64,000 bases of DNA from Octopus vulgaris (lineage: Eukaryota), in contig OX597823.1 of the NCBI GenBank assembly GCA_951406725.2, forward strand, positions 48,918,001 to 48,982,000. The letters are read 5' to 3'. The notes beneath the pieces were generated by a model. The model searched no databases. It saw nothing but the letters and a program-made list of their open reading frames with translations, and was not told the origin of the DNA. Positions 1-13,549 of the stretch are shown one piece after another (the stretch's first letter is position 1; each line of letters opens with the position of its first letter). Position numbers and translations under genes: made by a program.

Positions 1-78
1 AACTTTATTTACTTTTGTAACCATAATTGTTGATCTGTCTGGACACTTAACCCCTTTTCAACTATATATATATATATA

Positions 79-288
79 AAGTTAATCCAAACATGAAAAC
101 ACAAAGAGAAAAGACAACAATGCGAGGATGTGGAACAAGTATAGTATTATTGGATGCTCAGGAAAGAAGGAAAGAAGGAGTGTTTACCGTTTCGAGCAGA
201 GCTCTTCGTCAGAAACATAGGAAAAGGAAAGATCCAAAGAAGGGAAGACGGAGGAAAAATATCACCAACAGTACACACGTGGTCACAG
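79..288 (-). mobile_element. Short HHR-bearing retroelement remnant (PLE pLTR-like), family H1
   Basis: Homologous to 50234-50438 in opposite orientation; abuts (TA)n at 63-78; contains HHR motif at 181-217. Confidence 0.7.
181..217 (-). ncRNA. Minimal type I hammerhead ribozyme motif
   Basis: Minus strand: TGTTT CTGACGA A GAGC-TCT-GCTC GAAA CGGT AAACA; stem I TGTTT/AAACA; the other copy has GAAATGTT, so consensus is probably GAAACGTT. Confidence 0.65.
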
Positions 289-419
289 AAAAATATTGAC
301 TTCAAATTTTATATGTATGTATATGTGTAATTTAATGCAATTGAATTTTCCACTCCCACAAAATTGCTGACCTTGTGCCAAAATTTGAAGCCAATATTTT
401 TCTATCCTTTACAATCATG

Positions 420-1350
420 GTCATTAAAAATAATTCATTTTACCAGATTGGTATGTTGTAAGTTCCCTGATTTTCAGCACATGTTCCTAAATCAGTCTTT
501 TTATCTCATGTCCTGATCAGTGTTTTGATACCAAATATATATTCCAGATTCAAATAACATATACAGTTACATATCCAATAAATTCTATTTGATTCATATT
601 TCTTGAAATGTAGATAATATTCTGTTTATATTGATCAGGAAAGACCACCATTCAACACCCTACTTCTAACACCATGATGTCAACTTTGTGTATGAAACAA
701 ATTCTTTCTTTTAATATTTATATTATTATGAATTTTAGTTCCAACAGAACCTACTCAACATTCCATTGAATTATCACAGAATATCTGTTAACTCATTGCC
801 ATTAAAGAATTAATCCAAAAGTCTTATTGCCTGACCAATATAATTTTTTAGTTCCAGTAACCATTATTCATGTTGCTATTTTCTTCTCAATCTTCCACTA
901 TTCAAGAATAATACCACATCTCAAATGGTCTGAATTTGTCTGCTCCTTATTTGTCTTGCTAGTTTGTGTTTCACCAACTTATGTGGCAGGGCATCCTGTC
1001 TGTTTCACCAACTTATGTGGCAGGGCATCCTGTCTGGTTATTGATACTTTTTAAAATGCCTATCACAACATCATCATATGGATTTTTCCCAATAATTATT
1101 TTAATGAAAATAAAAATCCTTGTGCCTTTTGGGTTGCTTTCCTCTTTGTTCAATTATTATTTCAAATTGTTAAGTCTCTTACCAAGGTTTGTCTAAAAAA
1201 TATCTAACTTGCTTTTCATTTCTGAATGATTATGTCGTATATATTCATTAGTTTGCATTTGGTTTCTTCTAATATCGGCAGCTTTAGTTAGGATTGTACT
1301 CATGATCACTCTCACTGCATCACTAGTCAAAACAAAATAAAACCTGTACA
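420..1350 (-). mobile_element. Possible highly decayed LINE fragment (endonuclease region)
   Basis: Only faint APE-like peptide traces; no ORF. Confidence 0.2.
967..1034. repeat. Perfect 34-bp tandem duplication
   Basis: TGTTTCACCAACTTATGTGGCAGGGCATCCTGTC twice (967-1000, 1001-1034). Confidence 0.95.
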
Positions 1351-1983
1351 CATTGAAAGGCAAGTATTTTCTTACAATAAATTTGTTTATACTAAAGCAA
1401 GACTTGCTATGATAAAATTTAATTTGTAATTTAGTTGCATTTTATTAGAATCATAAAAAATTTAATTTATAAGTATTGCATAATACTGTTTAAAACTTGA
1501 GATAAGAAAAGTCATAAAATAATTTTTATCCAGCTGTTTCAAGTTTCCTACCCATTAATTAACTGTAAAACAGACATGTAAATATAAACAAAAGAGAATA
1601 TAAAAATTTTCTTTCTATATAGCAAACTCTTCATTTGGATATTTTATCATGAAGTGATGGACTAAAAGCTTTATGTATCCACCACTGAAGAATTAAATTT
1701 CAATATCTGTCTAAATGAACTCCTGGATTTAGCCTCAAGATTTTAAAATAATCACGTTTTTTTCAATGTTTTCAGAATGTTCCTCTTATCCATTCAGTAT
1801 GTCTAAGAAACAATAGTGTTGACTGTTTTTTAGATTATTTGCTATTCTTTGATGTGTTGTTTACGTTTTGTTGGATAAGAATCTCCAATTATTTTCTGGC
1901 AATATTCTTGGGCTAGGTAGGGATTGAGCCTAGAAACTATATTTTATCAACATGATCTAATGTTTTAACCAAAAGCTCAGAAT

Positions 1984-2209
1984 TTAATCCTTTAACATTT
2001 AAACCAGCCATATCCTTTCCCCTATATATTTTATCACTTTTAAGTTTAAACCAGCCAGATCCAACCTCTTACACTTATCCTACAATACCATTCTAAAAAC
2101 AAACAATTTTACAGTCAAAATATTGAAGTTACAGGATAATGCATGATTAATTCAAAATAATATGGATAAACATTAAATTTGACTGAATAATCTGAATGCC
2201 AAAGGGTTA
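1984..2209 (+). mobile_element. ~225-bp piggyBac-like MITE (family E)
   Basis: Ends TTAA-TCCTTTAACATT...AATGCCAAAGGG-TTAA; homologous copies at 8727, 11302, 37091. Confidence 0.7.
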
Positions 2210-2423
2210 AAGAACAACAATGTTGCCATTTTAAAGAACTTGATGATAATTTCTTACAATGTACGTAATTAATTAAAATGACTGAATTTTTCTTTTTCAT
2301 ATTTTAACCAATGAATATCCTTCATAGTTTATGGAAATCATCTGAATATAGTCTCCATAAAAGTTTGCTAGTTTGATGTTGATATTTGCACTCATGTTAT
2401 ACTCTACTCTATAGAGTGGAGTG

Positions 2424-2469
<46 letters not shown>

Positions 2470-3054
2470 TAATAATAGTTGTTACATAGATTTCCCCCAT
2501 GTAATGGGGGAAATCTATGTATTCTGCAACTACTATTAGATCCAAACAAAGTCACATTCTTATAAATAAGCTATTAGTCTATACATAGTTTCTTATAGCA
2601 CTCTGTGTATCATACTTAATGTAAATGCTTTGTTGAAAGGCAATTTACTGTGGTATTTATCCAGGGATTACATCTCTTATGGGCATGATGTGTTTAAGAA
2701 AGATAACATACATTGGAAGAAGGAACAATCAGTCCAGAAGTTGCTAGTGAGAACATCAGATGCTTTAGTCTCATTGGGCGTTATCAATGGCATGCACTTC
2801 ACAGTCAGACACACAAATAGACAAAATTTATCACCTTTGACATATAAGTTACAGTGAATAAACATTCAATGGCATTATGAATATCTAATCAGCTGAATTA
2901 AAACCTGTTATATACAATAGAAACAGTACAAAATTAGAATAACCATCTATGTATTATACTTAATGTAAATAAATTGCTGAAAGGCAAATTTATTAGCATA
3001 TTTATCAAGAGACAATATCTCTTATGGACAAGCTGTGTTTAAAAACACAGTATA

Positions 3055-3939
3055 TGAGGTGGTATCAGAAAGTTCCCAGACTAGTTCTGTAGTGCAACAA
3101 GTGGCAGCACATTGTTGCATGTAGAGTGAAAGGTAGTAGTGACCTTCATGAGGCAGTGTGCTGAGTAACATTGCTGTGTTTACTTTGGAAGTTGTGAAAT
3201 TTGTGTTTTTGTGATCACGTGTATGCTGTAACCTGTGATTTTGTCATGGATAGGAAGTTGGAAGAAAGAGCCAATGTGAAGTTTTGTGTTAAATTTGGGA
3301 AGTCTGCGACAGGGACATTGAGCATGCTTTGGCAAGCTTACGGCAATGAGGCGATGGGTTGTACACATGGATGCTTCAAATGCAGAAGAACATCTCTAGA
3401 AGGCAATGAGTGATCTGGAAGACCTGCCACAAGTGTCACCCAAGGAAATGTGGTATTGTGCATCAAGAATTCAGCTCCCAGGGCCAGACCATCAACTGAG
3501 AGTTCTACTGCAATATTTAGAAGTGTTTGAGGGAGGACATTCAATGAAAGCAACTGGATCTGTAGTCCACGAAGAATTGGATTCTTCATGACAACAATGC
3601 ACTTTGTCACTGAGCTCTTCTCACTCCTGAGTTTCTCACCAAAAACAACATGGTATCAGTTCCACACCCACCCAATTCGACAGATTTAGCACCTGTGGAC
3701 TTCTCTCTCTTCCCCAAGATGAAAATGCAGCTCAAAGGTTGCAATTTTAACATTGTTGTCAAAATCAAAACTGAATTGCAGAAAGTTCTTGACTCGTTTA
3801 CAGAAAAGGACTTCCAGGCCAGATTCCAAAAGTGGCAGGAATGCTGGGACCAGTGTATTGCTGTGCAAGGTGATTATTTCAAAACTTAAATATTTCTTAT
3901 TAAACATAATTAGTCCCAGAACATCTTGACACCACCTCA
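3055..3939 (+). mobile_element. Internally deleted mariner transposon (pseudo-transposase)
   Basis: TIRs TGAGGTGGTATCAGAAAGTTCCCAGACTA / TAGTCCCAGAACATCTTGACACCACCTCA with TA flanks; peptides ERANVKFCVKFGKSAT and PHPPNSTDLAPVDFSLFPKMK...QGDYF. Confidence 0.92.
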
Positions 3940-4399
3940 TACATGAGAGAGACCATATGACTGACTGTGTGTAGATATCACTGATAAGGTTCAGCAAGGC
4001 TGAAACGCATCTGGCATTCTCACAAACCACTAGTGGAATAATTTTGGTTTCCCTTTGATATGTTTCTATATATTTCACTTGTAATCGATAAACAATGATT
4101 TTATATGGACCTGACCTTTAGATTGGAGAACAGCTACATTAGGGAGAATCAGCCCCTGTTACCTACTCACCCTACTTCAAAAAATAAATGACTCTCTGCT
4201 TTGGGAATTTTCTCTCTTACTGCTCTAAACGGCAGGCAACACTGAAGTGCCAGTCCTTTCTTTGGAAAATATCCCCCTATCATCTCTGCTTATCTTTTAT
4301 AATATTTACTGTAGGACAACAGTTCTCTCTGCATATGTACCTTCCACATCAAATGATACTTGAAGAATTTGTACAATAGTTCAGAGGAGAGTTAGGCAC

Positions 4400-5170
4400 T
4401 ATTGCTTATTCTGAGAATGAAGAAGCGAGAGATTTTGGTGTTGTCATTTTGGTTCTAAGCCAGCATCACTTGGATGTTTGTTGACTGGTCTGTGGTGGTG
4501 ACTGGTTGAGTTAATAATGAAAATATGTTTCTGGGGTTGCATGTAGAATTAATTGAACAGCACCTATAAACATTTAACAGATTTTATTATCATATATAAA
4601 GATCAACTGTACTGGTCTTTTTACAGATAACAACAGAAATGATTGCATACTGGGAGAAAGATTCTGCTTAGAGTATATGGCAAGCTATTGATACAGCAAC
4701 ATGAGACTCACCCAACATAACTGAAAACATCTGTGCTATATTCATATCAATGAAGGTTCCTCTCATCTATCTGCACCATCTATCTTAGCCACCTTGCATG
4801 GTTGTCTGTCTTTGTCTCATAAAAATACATTCTGAATGGTATTTATAGGGGACCAGAAGTCAAATTGTAGTATCATCATCATCATCAGAAAACCTGCCCA
4901 CAGAATTAGTTCTTGTTGATTGACCAGTAAATAAGCTGACCACATGAAACTATGATAGTTTGCTTGTGATGTCTGATGATGTATCCAGGGATTTGGTTTT
5001 GAATCACTGCTACATCAGCAAACTGTTTCTCTCTTAGGCACAGTGCATTAGACATTTCACTTTTCTTGGCAATTGAACTGATTAGAGTTATGTAGAACTT
5101 TCTTAGGAAAACAGTTGTTGTTTATACACATCATCACCTGTTTCCTGGGATACCAGATTTTGCCATGAAT
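4400..5170 (-). mobile_element. Decayed RTE-like LINE RT fragment
   Basis: Minus-strand QFADVAVI (FADD-like) near 5000-5025 plus weak downstream traces; no ORF. Confidence 0.3.
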
Positions 5171-5974
5171 AACAATGTATTGAAATACATCAATTTATAG
5201 GATATATTTGTATAGCTGTATAGTTCAAGCAACTGTCTATCTAGTGGTATCATATTTCAATTTAAATTACGTAGTGGTTGATTGAAACCAATTACTTCTG
5301 AAACTATATCATCGCCTACGTATGTATTAATATCTATAAAAAGAGTTAATCTATGTAAAGTATAATTGTGGTATTGTTACTGAAATAGAACACTGTATAC
5401 ATATATATATATGTGTGTGTGTGTATGTTTGTGAATTTAAATATATACATAATCACACATGTGTGCACACACACACATACACATGCATATGCACATATCT
5501 GTTTATGTATACACATACATACATATCTATCTATATATACACATATACATATTCATATGTATCTATCATCTGTCTCTCTGTCTATCAATCATCAGCAAAT
5601 CATAAATCCAAAAGAGAAGCACACTCTTAAGTTACAGAGCAGCAAAGTATTTAGATAAAGATAGTTATGGTTGGTCTATGGGGTTACCCACGGTTTCAAA
5701 TCCACAAAATGCTTAGCTTTACAGCATCTCATCTGACCATTATGGCTTGTGGCCTATAACTTCTCTTCAAAGTCGAGATCTCATGGTTAGTTGTTGAACA
5801 CAGACAAAAGGGTTAAGTGTGAGGGACATATATATACATATATATACATATATACATACATATATATATATGTATATAATGTATGCATGTATAAATGTGT
5901 GTATGTATGTATGCATGCATGCATGTATGTATGCATGCATACATGCAGGCATGTATGTATGTATATACAGTTGC

Positions 5975-6125
5975 CTTATGGTAAGAAATTTGCTCCCAAT
6001 TACATAGTCTTGGCTTCAGTCCCACTGCATGGCACTTTGGGTAAGTGTCCTCTACTATAACCTGAGGCTGACCAATGCCTTGCAAGTGGATTTGGTTGAT
6101 GGAAACTGAAAGAAGTCCATTGTAT
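5975..6125 (+). mobile_element. SINE family A, 5' head only
   Basis: TGGTAAG...GGCTTCAGTCCCACTG...GGCACTTTGGGTAAGTG matches full copies at 14003 and 20467. Confidence 0.8.
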
Positions 6126-6133
6126 GTGTGTGC

Positions 6134-6164
<31 letters not shown>

Positions 6165-6244
6165 TAAAATATTCATGTGTATATATATATATACATATAC
6201 ATGCATATATATATATACATATGTGTGTGTATATATATATATAC

Positions 6245-6483
<239 letters not shown>

Positions 6484-7039
6484 TTAGAGAGAATTATTCT
6501 CTGTACAGAATACACTTCATAATGCTCAAGAGCTTTGAACTTGAGCAGTGGAATAGATGTAACGACAAGTTACGCAAGCCGATATAAAAAAAATAATAAA
6601 CACATTTAATACAAAAAATGTACATATGTAGGCATATAAAAAAGTCTGTCTTACACAGAATATAAATGATATCAGAAATTAAAGGGGTTGAGTTTTACAA
6701 GTCCAACAGCTATTTCTGGGGTTTTGGCGGTACAAAATAATGGAGTTTAATTCTTTAAAACTCTATTCTATCAGCACCTCAAATGTAAATTTCTTTCCTG
6801 ATGATGGAGGCTGGTGTCATCCAATGAAGTAATCAAGTTGCAATCATTATTTTGGACCACCAAGGTCTCAGAAACAGCTGTTGGATTCGTAAACTCTTAC
6901 TGAACCGCTTTAATTCCTGATATCATTTATATTCTGTGTAAGTTGCACTTTTTTATATGCAGACACATGTACATTTTTTTTTGTATTAAATGCATTTAAT
7001 ATTTTTGTATATCAACTTGCTTAACTTGCTTGTCCTTAC

Positions 7040-7040
<1 letters not shown>
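6484..7040 (+). mobile_element. Fold-back HHR-bearing element between (TA)n tracts (family H2)
   Basis: Diverged ~190-bp inverted arms 6557-6742 / 6845-7040; HHR at 6795-6885; TA tracts on both sides. Confidence 0.75.
6795..6885 (+). ncRNA. Type I hammerhead ribozyme motif with long stem II
   Basis: TTC CTGATGA TG GAGGC TGGTG TC...GAC CACCA AG GTCTC A GAAA CAGCTG TT GGA; palindromic stem III ACAGCTGT; GUU triplet. Confidence 0.7.
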
Positions 7041-7070
<30 letters not shown>

Positions 7071-7425
7071 CGATCAGACTCCATAGAGGCTGGTATTGGT
7101 CTGCATTGGCAAGGCTTATATGAATTATTAAACTAATTACAGAGTACAGTAAATGTGCCATGGAGAGTGGAAAATTCAATGCTTCGGAAAGAGTCCCTTT
7201 TCAAAGAAAAAAATGAAAGCAAAAAAATTAGTGAGAGACAGAAGAGTTTTGCAGCTGATCAGTTACCGTCAGTGTTTTTAATCTAATGAATGTAAAACCT
7301 TGCTTTCTCTCATTAATTTTTCTTCAATCAACTTTTTTTCTGAAGAAGGATTCTGTCTGAGAAGTTGGATTTTCCAGTCCTCATAGCTAGTTTATTGGAC
7401 ATATTTTACTAATTTTATTAATTAG
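7071..7425 (+). mobile_element. Fold-back element with degenerate HHR between (TA)n tracts (family H3)
   Basis: Inverted arms ~7158-7238 / 7305-7387; CTGAAGA AGGA TTCTG TCT GAGAAGTT at 7340; opposite arm reads TTGAAAA GGGA CTCT TTCC GAAGCATT. Confidence 0.6.
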
Positions 7426-7458
<33 letters not shown>

Positions 7459-7478
7459 TGTATATATATATATGGTGA

Positions 7479-7522
<44 letters not shown>

Positions 7523-7558
7523 TGTGTGTATATATATATATATGATGATGATATGATG

Positions 7559-7583
<25 letters not shown>

Positions 7584-7589
<6 letters not shown>

Positions 7590-7765
7590 AAGATGGAATG
7601 AACAGGCTATAACCATTAAACACAATAATTGTTTCTGTGCATTGATATCAGCTATTAGTCGCTGATTTTCCTATGTCATACTATTACATAAATGTTATAT
7701 AAATAGGTATGATCCAGCAGCAGCTGTGTTCTGTACGTCATCAGGTGAGTAGCTTTGAGAGCATT
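7584..7765 (-). mobile_element. TA-flanked short element with degenerate HHR-like motif
   Basis: Minus strand CTGATGA CGTACA...ATGCACA GAAA CAAT-T-ATTG TG (7621-7744); stem I unclear. Confidence 0.4.
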
Positions 7766-8108
7766 ATATATATAGTATGTAGATAGAGTTATAATGTCTT
7801 TATTCTCTCTTCCTGTTATCTATAAGACTCTTGATTACTGACTATAAATGAAAGCTTCATTCAAGTGTGAATTTTCAATTATTTGTTTCTTTCTCTGAAG
7901 AATTTCTAAAGTTGATATCTTATAAGTTATTTTTTTCTACATGTACAATTTTGTACCTTCTGTTAGCAAATAAAACATGTGTAATGGGGAATAAATAATA
8001 CCAAATATTTTTTCTAATCCCTTTCTCCAAAGTGTACAGTATTGTATATTCATTACAGATGATCTTCATATAATATACCCACTCTATTGACAGATATACA
8101 AGGGCATA

Positions 8109-8341
8109 AGGCAGCGAACTGGCAGAAACGTTAGCACGCCGGGTGAAATGCTTAGCTGTATTTCATCTGCCGCTACATTCTGAGTTCAAATTCCACCGAG
8201 GTTGACTTTGCCTTTCATCCTTTTGGCGTCGATTAAATAAGTACCAGTTACACACTGGGGTCGATATAATCGACTTAATCCATTTGTCTGTCCTTGTTTG
8301 TCCCCTCTGTGCTTAACCCCTTGTGGGTAGTAAAGAAATAG
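8109..8341 (+). mobile_element. SINE family B (tRNA-like head, Meta-domain-like core)
   Basis: GAGTTCAAATTCC B-box; GACTTTGCCTTTCATCCTTT..GGTCGAT..AAGTACC core; many copies in window. Confidence 0.85.
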
Positions 8342-8726
8342 ATATACAAGGGCATTTTTTCCTGACTTAGACGACTTACACCCCCCTCCCACACACACAC
8401 ACATTAGTGGTGCATTAAAAGTGATTTGTCTCTGTTATGCTACACTCTTACAGAATATATCAATATTTTAATTAACATTGTATATATAAATAGATGTAAA
8501 CACCTTGTTAAATTTTGCCAATTTATTGCCATTTAGTAGGACTTCAGTCATCATCCTGGAAAGAATGGAAAGCAAAACTGACTTTAGATGGATTCTATTT
8601 CAGAGTACAGTAAGCTGGAAGAAATGCCACAATGTATTTTATTCAATGTCCCAACAACTCTATTAAATTGCCTTCTCTGTTCTGTTACAATTTCTTTGTG
8701 ACTCCTAACATTTGCTATACCAATCC

Positions 8727-9193
8727 AACCCTTTAGCATTTGCAGCATCCTGTCAAATGTAATGCTCATATATTCATTTTGTTTTGAATTATGCATTATC
8801 TTGTAGTTTTGAAATTTTGATGATAATGATCATCATCATTGTTTAACATCCGTTTTCCGTACTAGCACAGGTTGGACGGTTCGACTGGGGTCTGGGAAGC
8901 CAGGAAGCTGCACCAGGCCCCAGTCTGATCTGGCAGTGTTTCTACAGCTGGATGCCCTTCCTAACGCCAACCCCTACGTGAGTGTAGTGGGTGCTTTTTA
9001 CGTGCCACCGGCACAAGTGCCAGGGGAGGCTGGCAGCAGCCACGATTGGTTGGTGCTTTTTACGTGCCACCAGCACAGAAAGGTGGTTGTATATTTTTAG
9101 AATGACATTGTATGGCAGGTGGGAGATGTTGAATCTCACTGGTATAAACATGAAACAGGCAGAATATGGTCAGTTTAAAAGCTAAATGGTTAA
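8727..9193 (-). mobile_element. MITE family E interrupted by a family C insertion
   Basis: 8727-8828 and 9085-9193 join to give a full family E copy. Confidence 0.75.
8829..9078 (-). mobile_element. Retro-repeat family C (3' (GAT)n tail; RTE-associated tail or SINE)
   Basis: (CAT)n-GTTTAACATCCGTTTTCC...GGATGCCCTTCCTAACGCCAAC; more than 10 copies in window. Confidence 0.8.
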
Positions 9194-11301
9194 AGTAGAT
9201 TAATAAATGGGGAAGCAATCAATGTATATAGAATATAGTGAATATCTTACATAAAGATCTAGTACTGAAATTGAATCTATAACGTATGAACCACAAGTTG
9301 ATCAGTTTAACCATGATGTTGCACCACTTTGGTAACACAACCATTAAACCTCTACCTTGACGCCCAATTATCACATGTCTTTGGCACAAAATTAATATTC
9401 CCCAATTTTAACATGGTAGTATAAGTTCATAGTTCCTGATTAAAGAAATTAGTCTTTGAGAATCATTAGTACTATTTTAATAGTCATTATCAATCTAAAT
9501 GTTACACCAACTGATTAGTCATTTTTACAGACAATGTCGCTAATCTCAGAAAAAGGTTAATTTCAGACAATCATACAGGAAAAAACAGACGTCAGAAAAT
9601 TTGAAGATAATTCAATATAAATGTATTAACAGATCCTTTTATGTGTTATTCATACTCTTGCGCTGCGTAAATTGAAACTGTCATCAATTTTAGTGTCAGA
9701 AGACTAAACTTTTTCCAAAGTAAAATGACACAACTTTTTCTTATCTAAGTTCTCAATTTTCACCAAGAAAATGCTGGAAGAAAGTAATTTAAAGGATGAT
9801 TCCCACTTAGTATTATCTGTAAATTATATATAGGGAAAAGGTTATCATTACCATCATCATCATTGTCATCATCATCAACATAAACAGCAGCATTAACAAT
9901 GCTTAAAATAACCAAATATTAATGCATTTGTTATTTTATTTTTCCACTCTACATACAAAATTCATTAAAGGAAAATATTGGGATCAAAATATTTGTCATT
10001 CTCACAAATGTACCCTTAAATCAATAGAAAGTTAAATATTGAAAATATGTTGAAAATATTCCCATAGCATTTATATATTTATTAAAATCTATTCAAAAGA
10101 TAGAGAATAATGTAATTGTCTGTGTATCTAAGTGAGTTTATTCTAGAAACTTGAATCATTTAACCATCATTGCAATAATTAAAATCTGGCTAATATGGAG
10201 AAGTTATTTAATTTTTTTAAAGTATATATGTATTTTAGTTATTATTGAGAACCTGAACAAATTTCAAATTTGATGTTTCTAAAACAAAGACGTACCTGTT
10301 AATTTGAAGTGTTACGAGCAATGGAAATAAAATAAAATTATGCTTGGTAAATAACAATTCTGTCCACTCTTAATGAATTAAGAAAATGTTAAGAATATCT
10401 CTTTCATTTTAATTTACAACTGAAACTCTTGTTTAATTATATATTTGAAAGATACTTCAAACTCTACAATATAAAGCCTTTTACATCTAATATGTATTCT
10501 CCAAATTAATTACATTTTGGATTTTTTTTCTCTTTCTCTCACCTTTTATTACAATAATCTATAAAGCTAAATTTCCAAAGATTTTCTACTGCTTTTGTAA
10601 ATCTAATGGCAACTCAATGTCTGAAGTTAGTTCATTAATCATACAAAGTGCCCATCTAACAGTAAAGATTTGTCATTACATCACAAAGCTCTAATGCTGA
10701 ACACTTCAATTCTAAACATTTAATGATCTAATCATGTGCTTACAATGGTTTAGCAGTAACCACTTACTGAGAATGCATCTCATACAGACCTCCAGCGGTA
10801 GCTTATTAACCAGTCTATTCAATTTTAATGAAACATGAAAATCATCTTCATTATTAATAGTTTTAAAGAAAGTCCAGCAACCTTTTGAAAATTATCTCAA
10901 CGATATATGCATGGCAGTGTCAAAAATCATCTTATGACAAATTATTTGAATGTTTTACACTTGACTTTACTTACAATATTGCTCATAAAAATTTATAACA
11001 TATTTGATTCAATAATGTCAAATTTATTTAATGAACATAAACTGTAGAAGACCATCTCTAATAAGAAATCAGCCAGTAAATTTATCAATCCTTAGAGTGA
11101 AATTTTTACCAGTAAATAAATCATTTGATATTCTTATACTCTTCCTCAAAATATTGTCTTGACATTTATTAATTATTTAACTTAGACTCAACAATCTGAG
11201 AAAGTTTACCAAATAAATAGTGTGTAAAATTATTGTGGTAACGATTTGCTTGTTATGTAGTGAAACATCTGCCACTGACAACATTACCAAAAAAAGTTTC
11301 T

Positions 11302-11527
11302 GAACCTTTTAGCATTCGGATTACTCTGTCAAATGTAATGTTTATTTATTCACATTATTTTGAATATCACTTGCATTGTCTCATAGCTTTGAGATTTCAA
11401 TGATGTGATTGTTTATTTTAAGAATGACATTGTAGTGTAGATGTGAGAGGCTGGATATGACCAGTTTGGATATAAAACAGGAAGAGTATTTAAGCTGGTA
11501 AGACTGGATTACATACTAAGGGGTTAA
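11302..11527 (-). mobile_element. MITE family E
   Basis: AACCTTTTAGCATT...ATACTAAGGGGTTAA; internal homology to other copies. Confidence 0.75.
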
Positions 11528-11925
11528 AGGTGACTAAACTTTGGAGTGAAACAAGGGTTTAAACATAACTCTTTTAAAAGAATTAGCAGTTTATTCTGTT
11601 GTTTGGTTCACTAAAAACTTTGTCTCAGTTTTTTTCAAGAAGGAAAAATTCAAGAAAATACATATATAGACACTCAGGAAATATAGAATTAAAAAAACTT
11701 GTTTAACAAAATATAGAACTAACATGTATATCTTTATAAATCTAAAACAATCACACCAAGAATATGCAATGACTAAAGAACACCAGACTTAGAATCATAA
11801 TGATAATTTATTCTTTTGCATCATGCTAGAAAATATTTAAATTACAAGAGATAACATTTTACTTATAAGAATTTCTTTGATAAAGTATTTCTAGTTTAAT
11901 GGGTAGCAGTAGAGTGTGGAATATA

Positions 11926-12147
11926 TACTCTTTTACTTGTTTTAGTAATTAGATTGTGGTCATGCTGGGGCATCACACTGAAGAATTTTGGTCAAATGAA
12001 TTGACCCCAGTATTTACTTTTTAAAACCTGGTACTTATTCTACCAGTCTCTTTTGTCAAACTGCTAAGTTATGGGGGATGTAAACACACCAGCACCAGTT
12101 GTCAAGCAGTGCTGGGGAACAAAAGCAGACACAAAGATGCACACATG

Positions 12148-12193
<46 letters not shown>

Positions 12194-12378
12194 TGTATAT
12201 CTGTGTGTGTGCATGTGTATGACAGGCTTCTTTCAATTTCTGTCTGCTAAATCCACTCACAAGGCTTTGGTTGGTCCAAGACAGTAGTTGAAGATACTTG
12301 CCTAAGGTGCTACACAGTGGTACTGAACCCAGAACCATGTGGTTGGAAAGCAAACTACTTACCAGACAACCATGCCTA
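11926..12378 (-). mobile_element. SINE family A, full length
   Basis: Reverse complement of head, (CA)n middle and tail. Confidence 0.85.
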
Positions 12379-12744
12379 TAAATCAGGTTTTAAATTTATT
12401 GTACATATGTGAACTATCAAACAAGATTTAATGACCAGAAAATTGTTTGTAAACATTCACCCCAACTAGTCTGATGAACGATGAATGAATTCAAAGACTG
12501 GTGACACACTGCTTGAAAGTTTGGCCATTAAAAACACAATGCTAATTTCGATGAAATAGGAGAGAAAAGAATTTTTGTTGTAGAAAGTAGATTACTTTTT
12601 ATGTATTGGACTTATAGATTTGGATTGTAGAATTGGAAGAGTCTTTTGGTATTTAGTGACATTCCTTTATATTTGTTTAGTTCAAATCCAACCAACATTT
12701 GCTTTGCCTTTCATCGTTTTAAGACTGATAAAATAAATATCAAT

Positions 12745-13289
12745 AATGTAAAACCTGTAAACTTTGGACAATGCTGCATATGTAATTGAAACTGAACTAA
12801 CCTGTTGTATATTATAACATCAAAAACTGCAAAGCATCATTGATGTTCAGTTTGGATTGTTATAAGGAATAAACATTAGGCAAAATATGAGCAAGGGAAA
12901 AAAAAAGTTCAAAAGACTATATAAATATTTGTCCAGACTGAGTTCAATATGCAATTTGATAAACCACAATGGAGATGGTGAATGTAATAAATTGCTTTAT
13001 AAGATGAATAACCTGATAAATTACTGATGCATTAGCAGTGTTTGTTTTTTATATGCAATCATTTTGTACAAAACAAAACCTGTAGACTTCAGACAATACT
13101 GCATGTACAAAGGAAACTAAACTAACCTAAAGTAAATATTGCAAAACAGTTATAGAATGATAGTCAGTTGTCAGTGAAATCCCAATAAAGATTGAAACTG
13201 GTTCATCTGATCCGTCTTTTCCTGCCCACCATGTGACTGGAGGAACATAATAACTGTTTATGACTGCCCAATATATTTGATGAAGTTTA

Positions 13290-13342
<53 letters not shown>

Positions 13343-13380
13343 TATATATATGCATATATATATGTATATATATATATATA

Positions 13381-13450
<70 letters not shown>

Positions 13451-13469
13451 ATATGCATATATATATATA

Positions 13470-13549
<80 letters not shown>

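Noticed and set aside
93-299. Basic 68-aa ORF with a homologous ORF at 50140-50367
   Set aside because: Antisense reading of the pyrimidine-rich H1 repeat; similarity is explained by repeat homology
12465-12505. CTGATGA motif as possible hammerhead
   Set aside because: No convincing stem II or stem III
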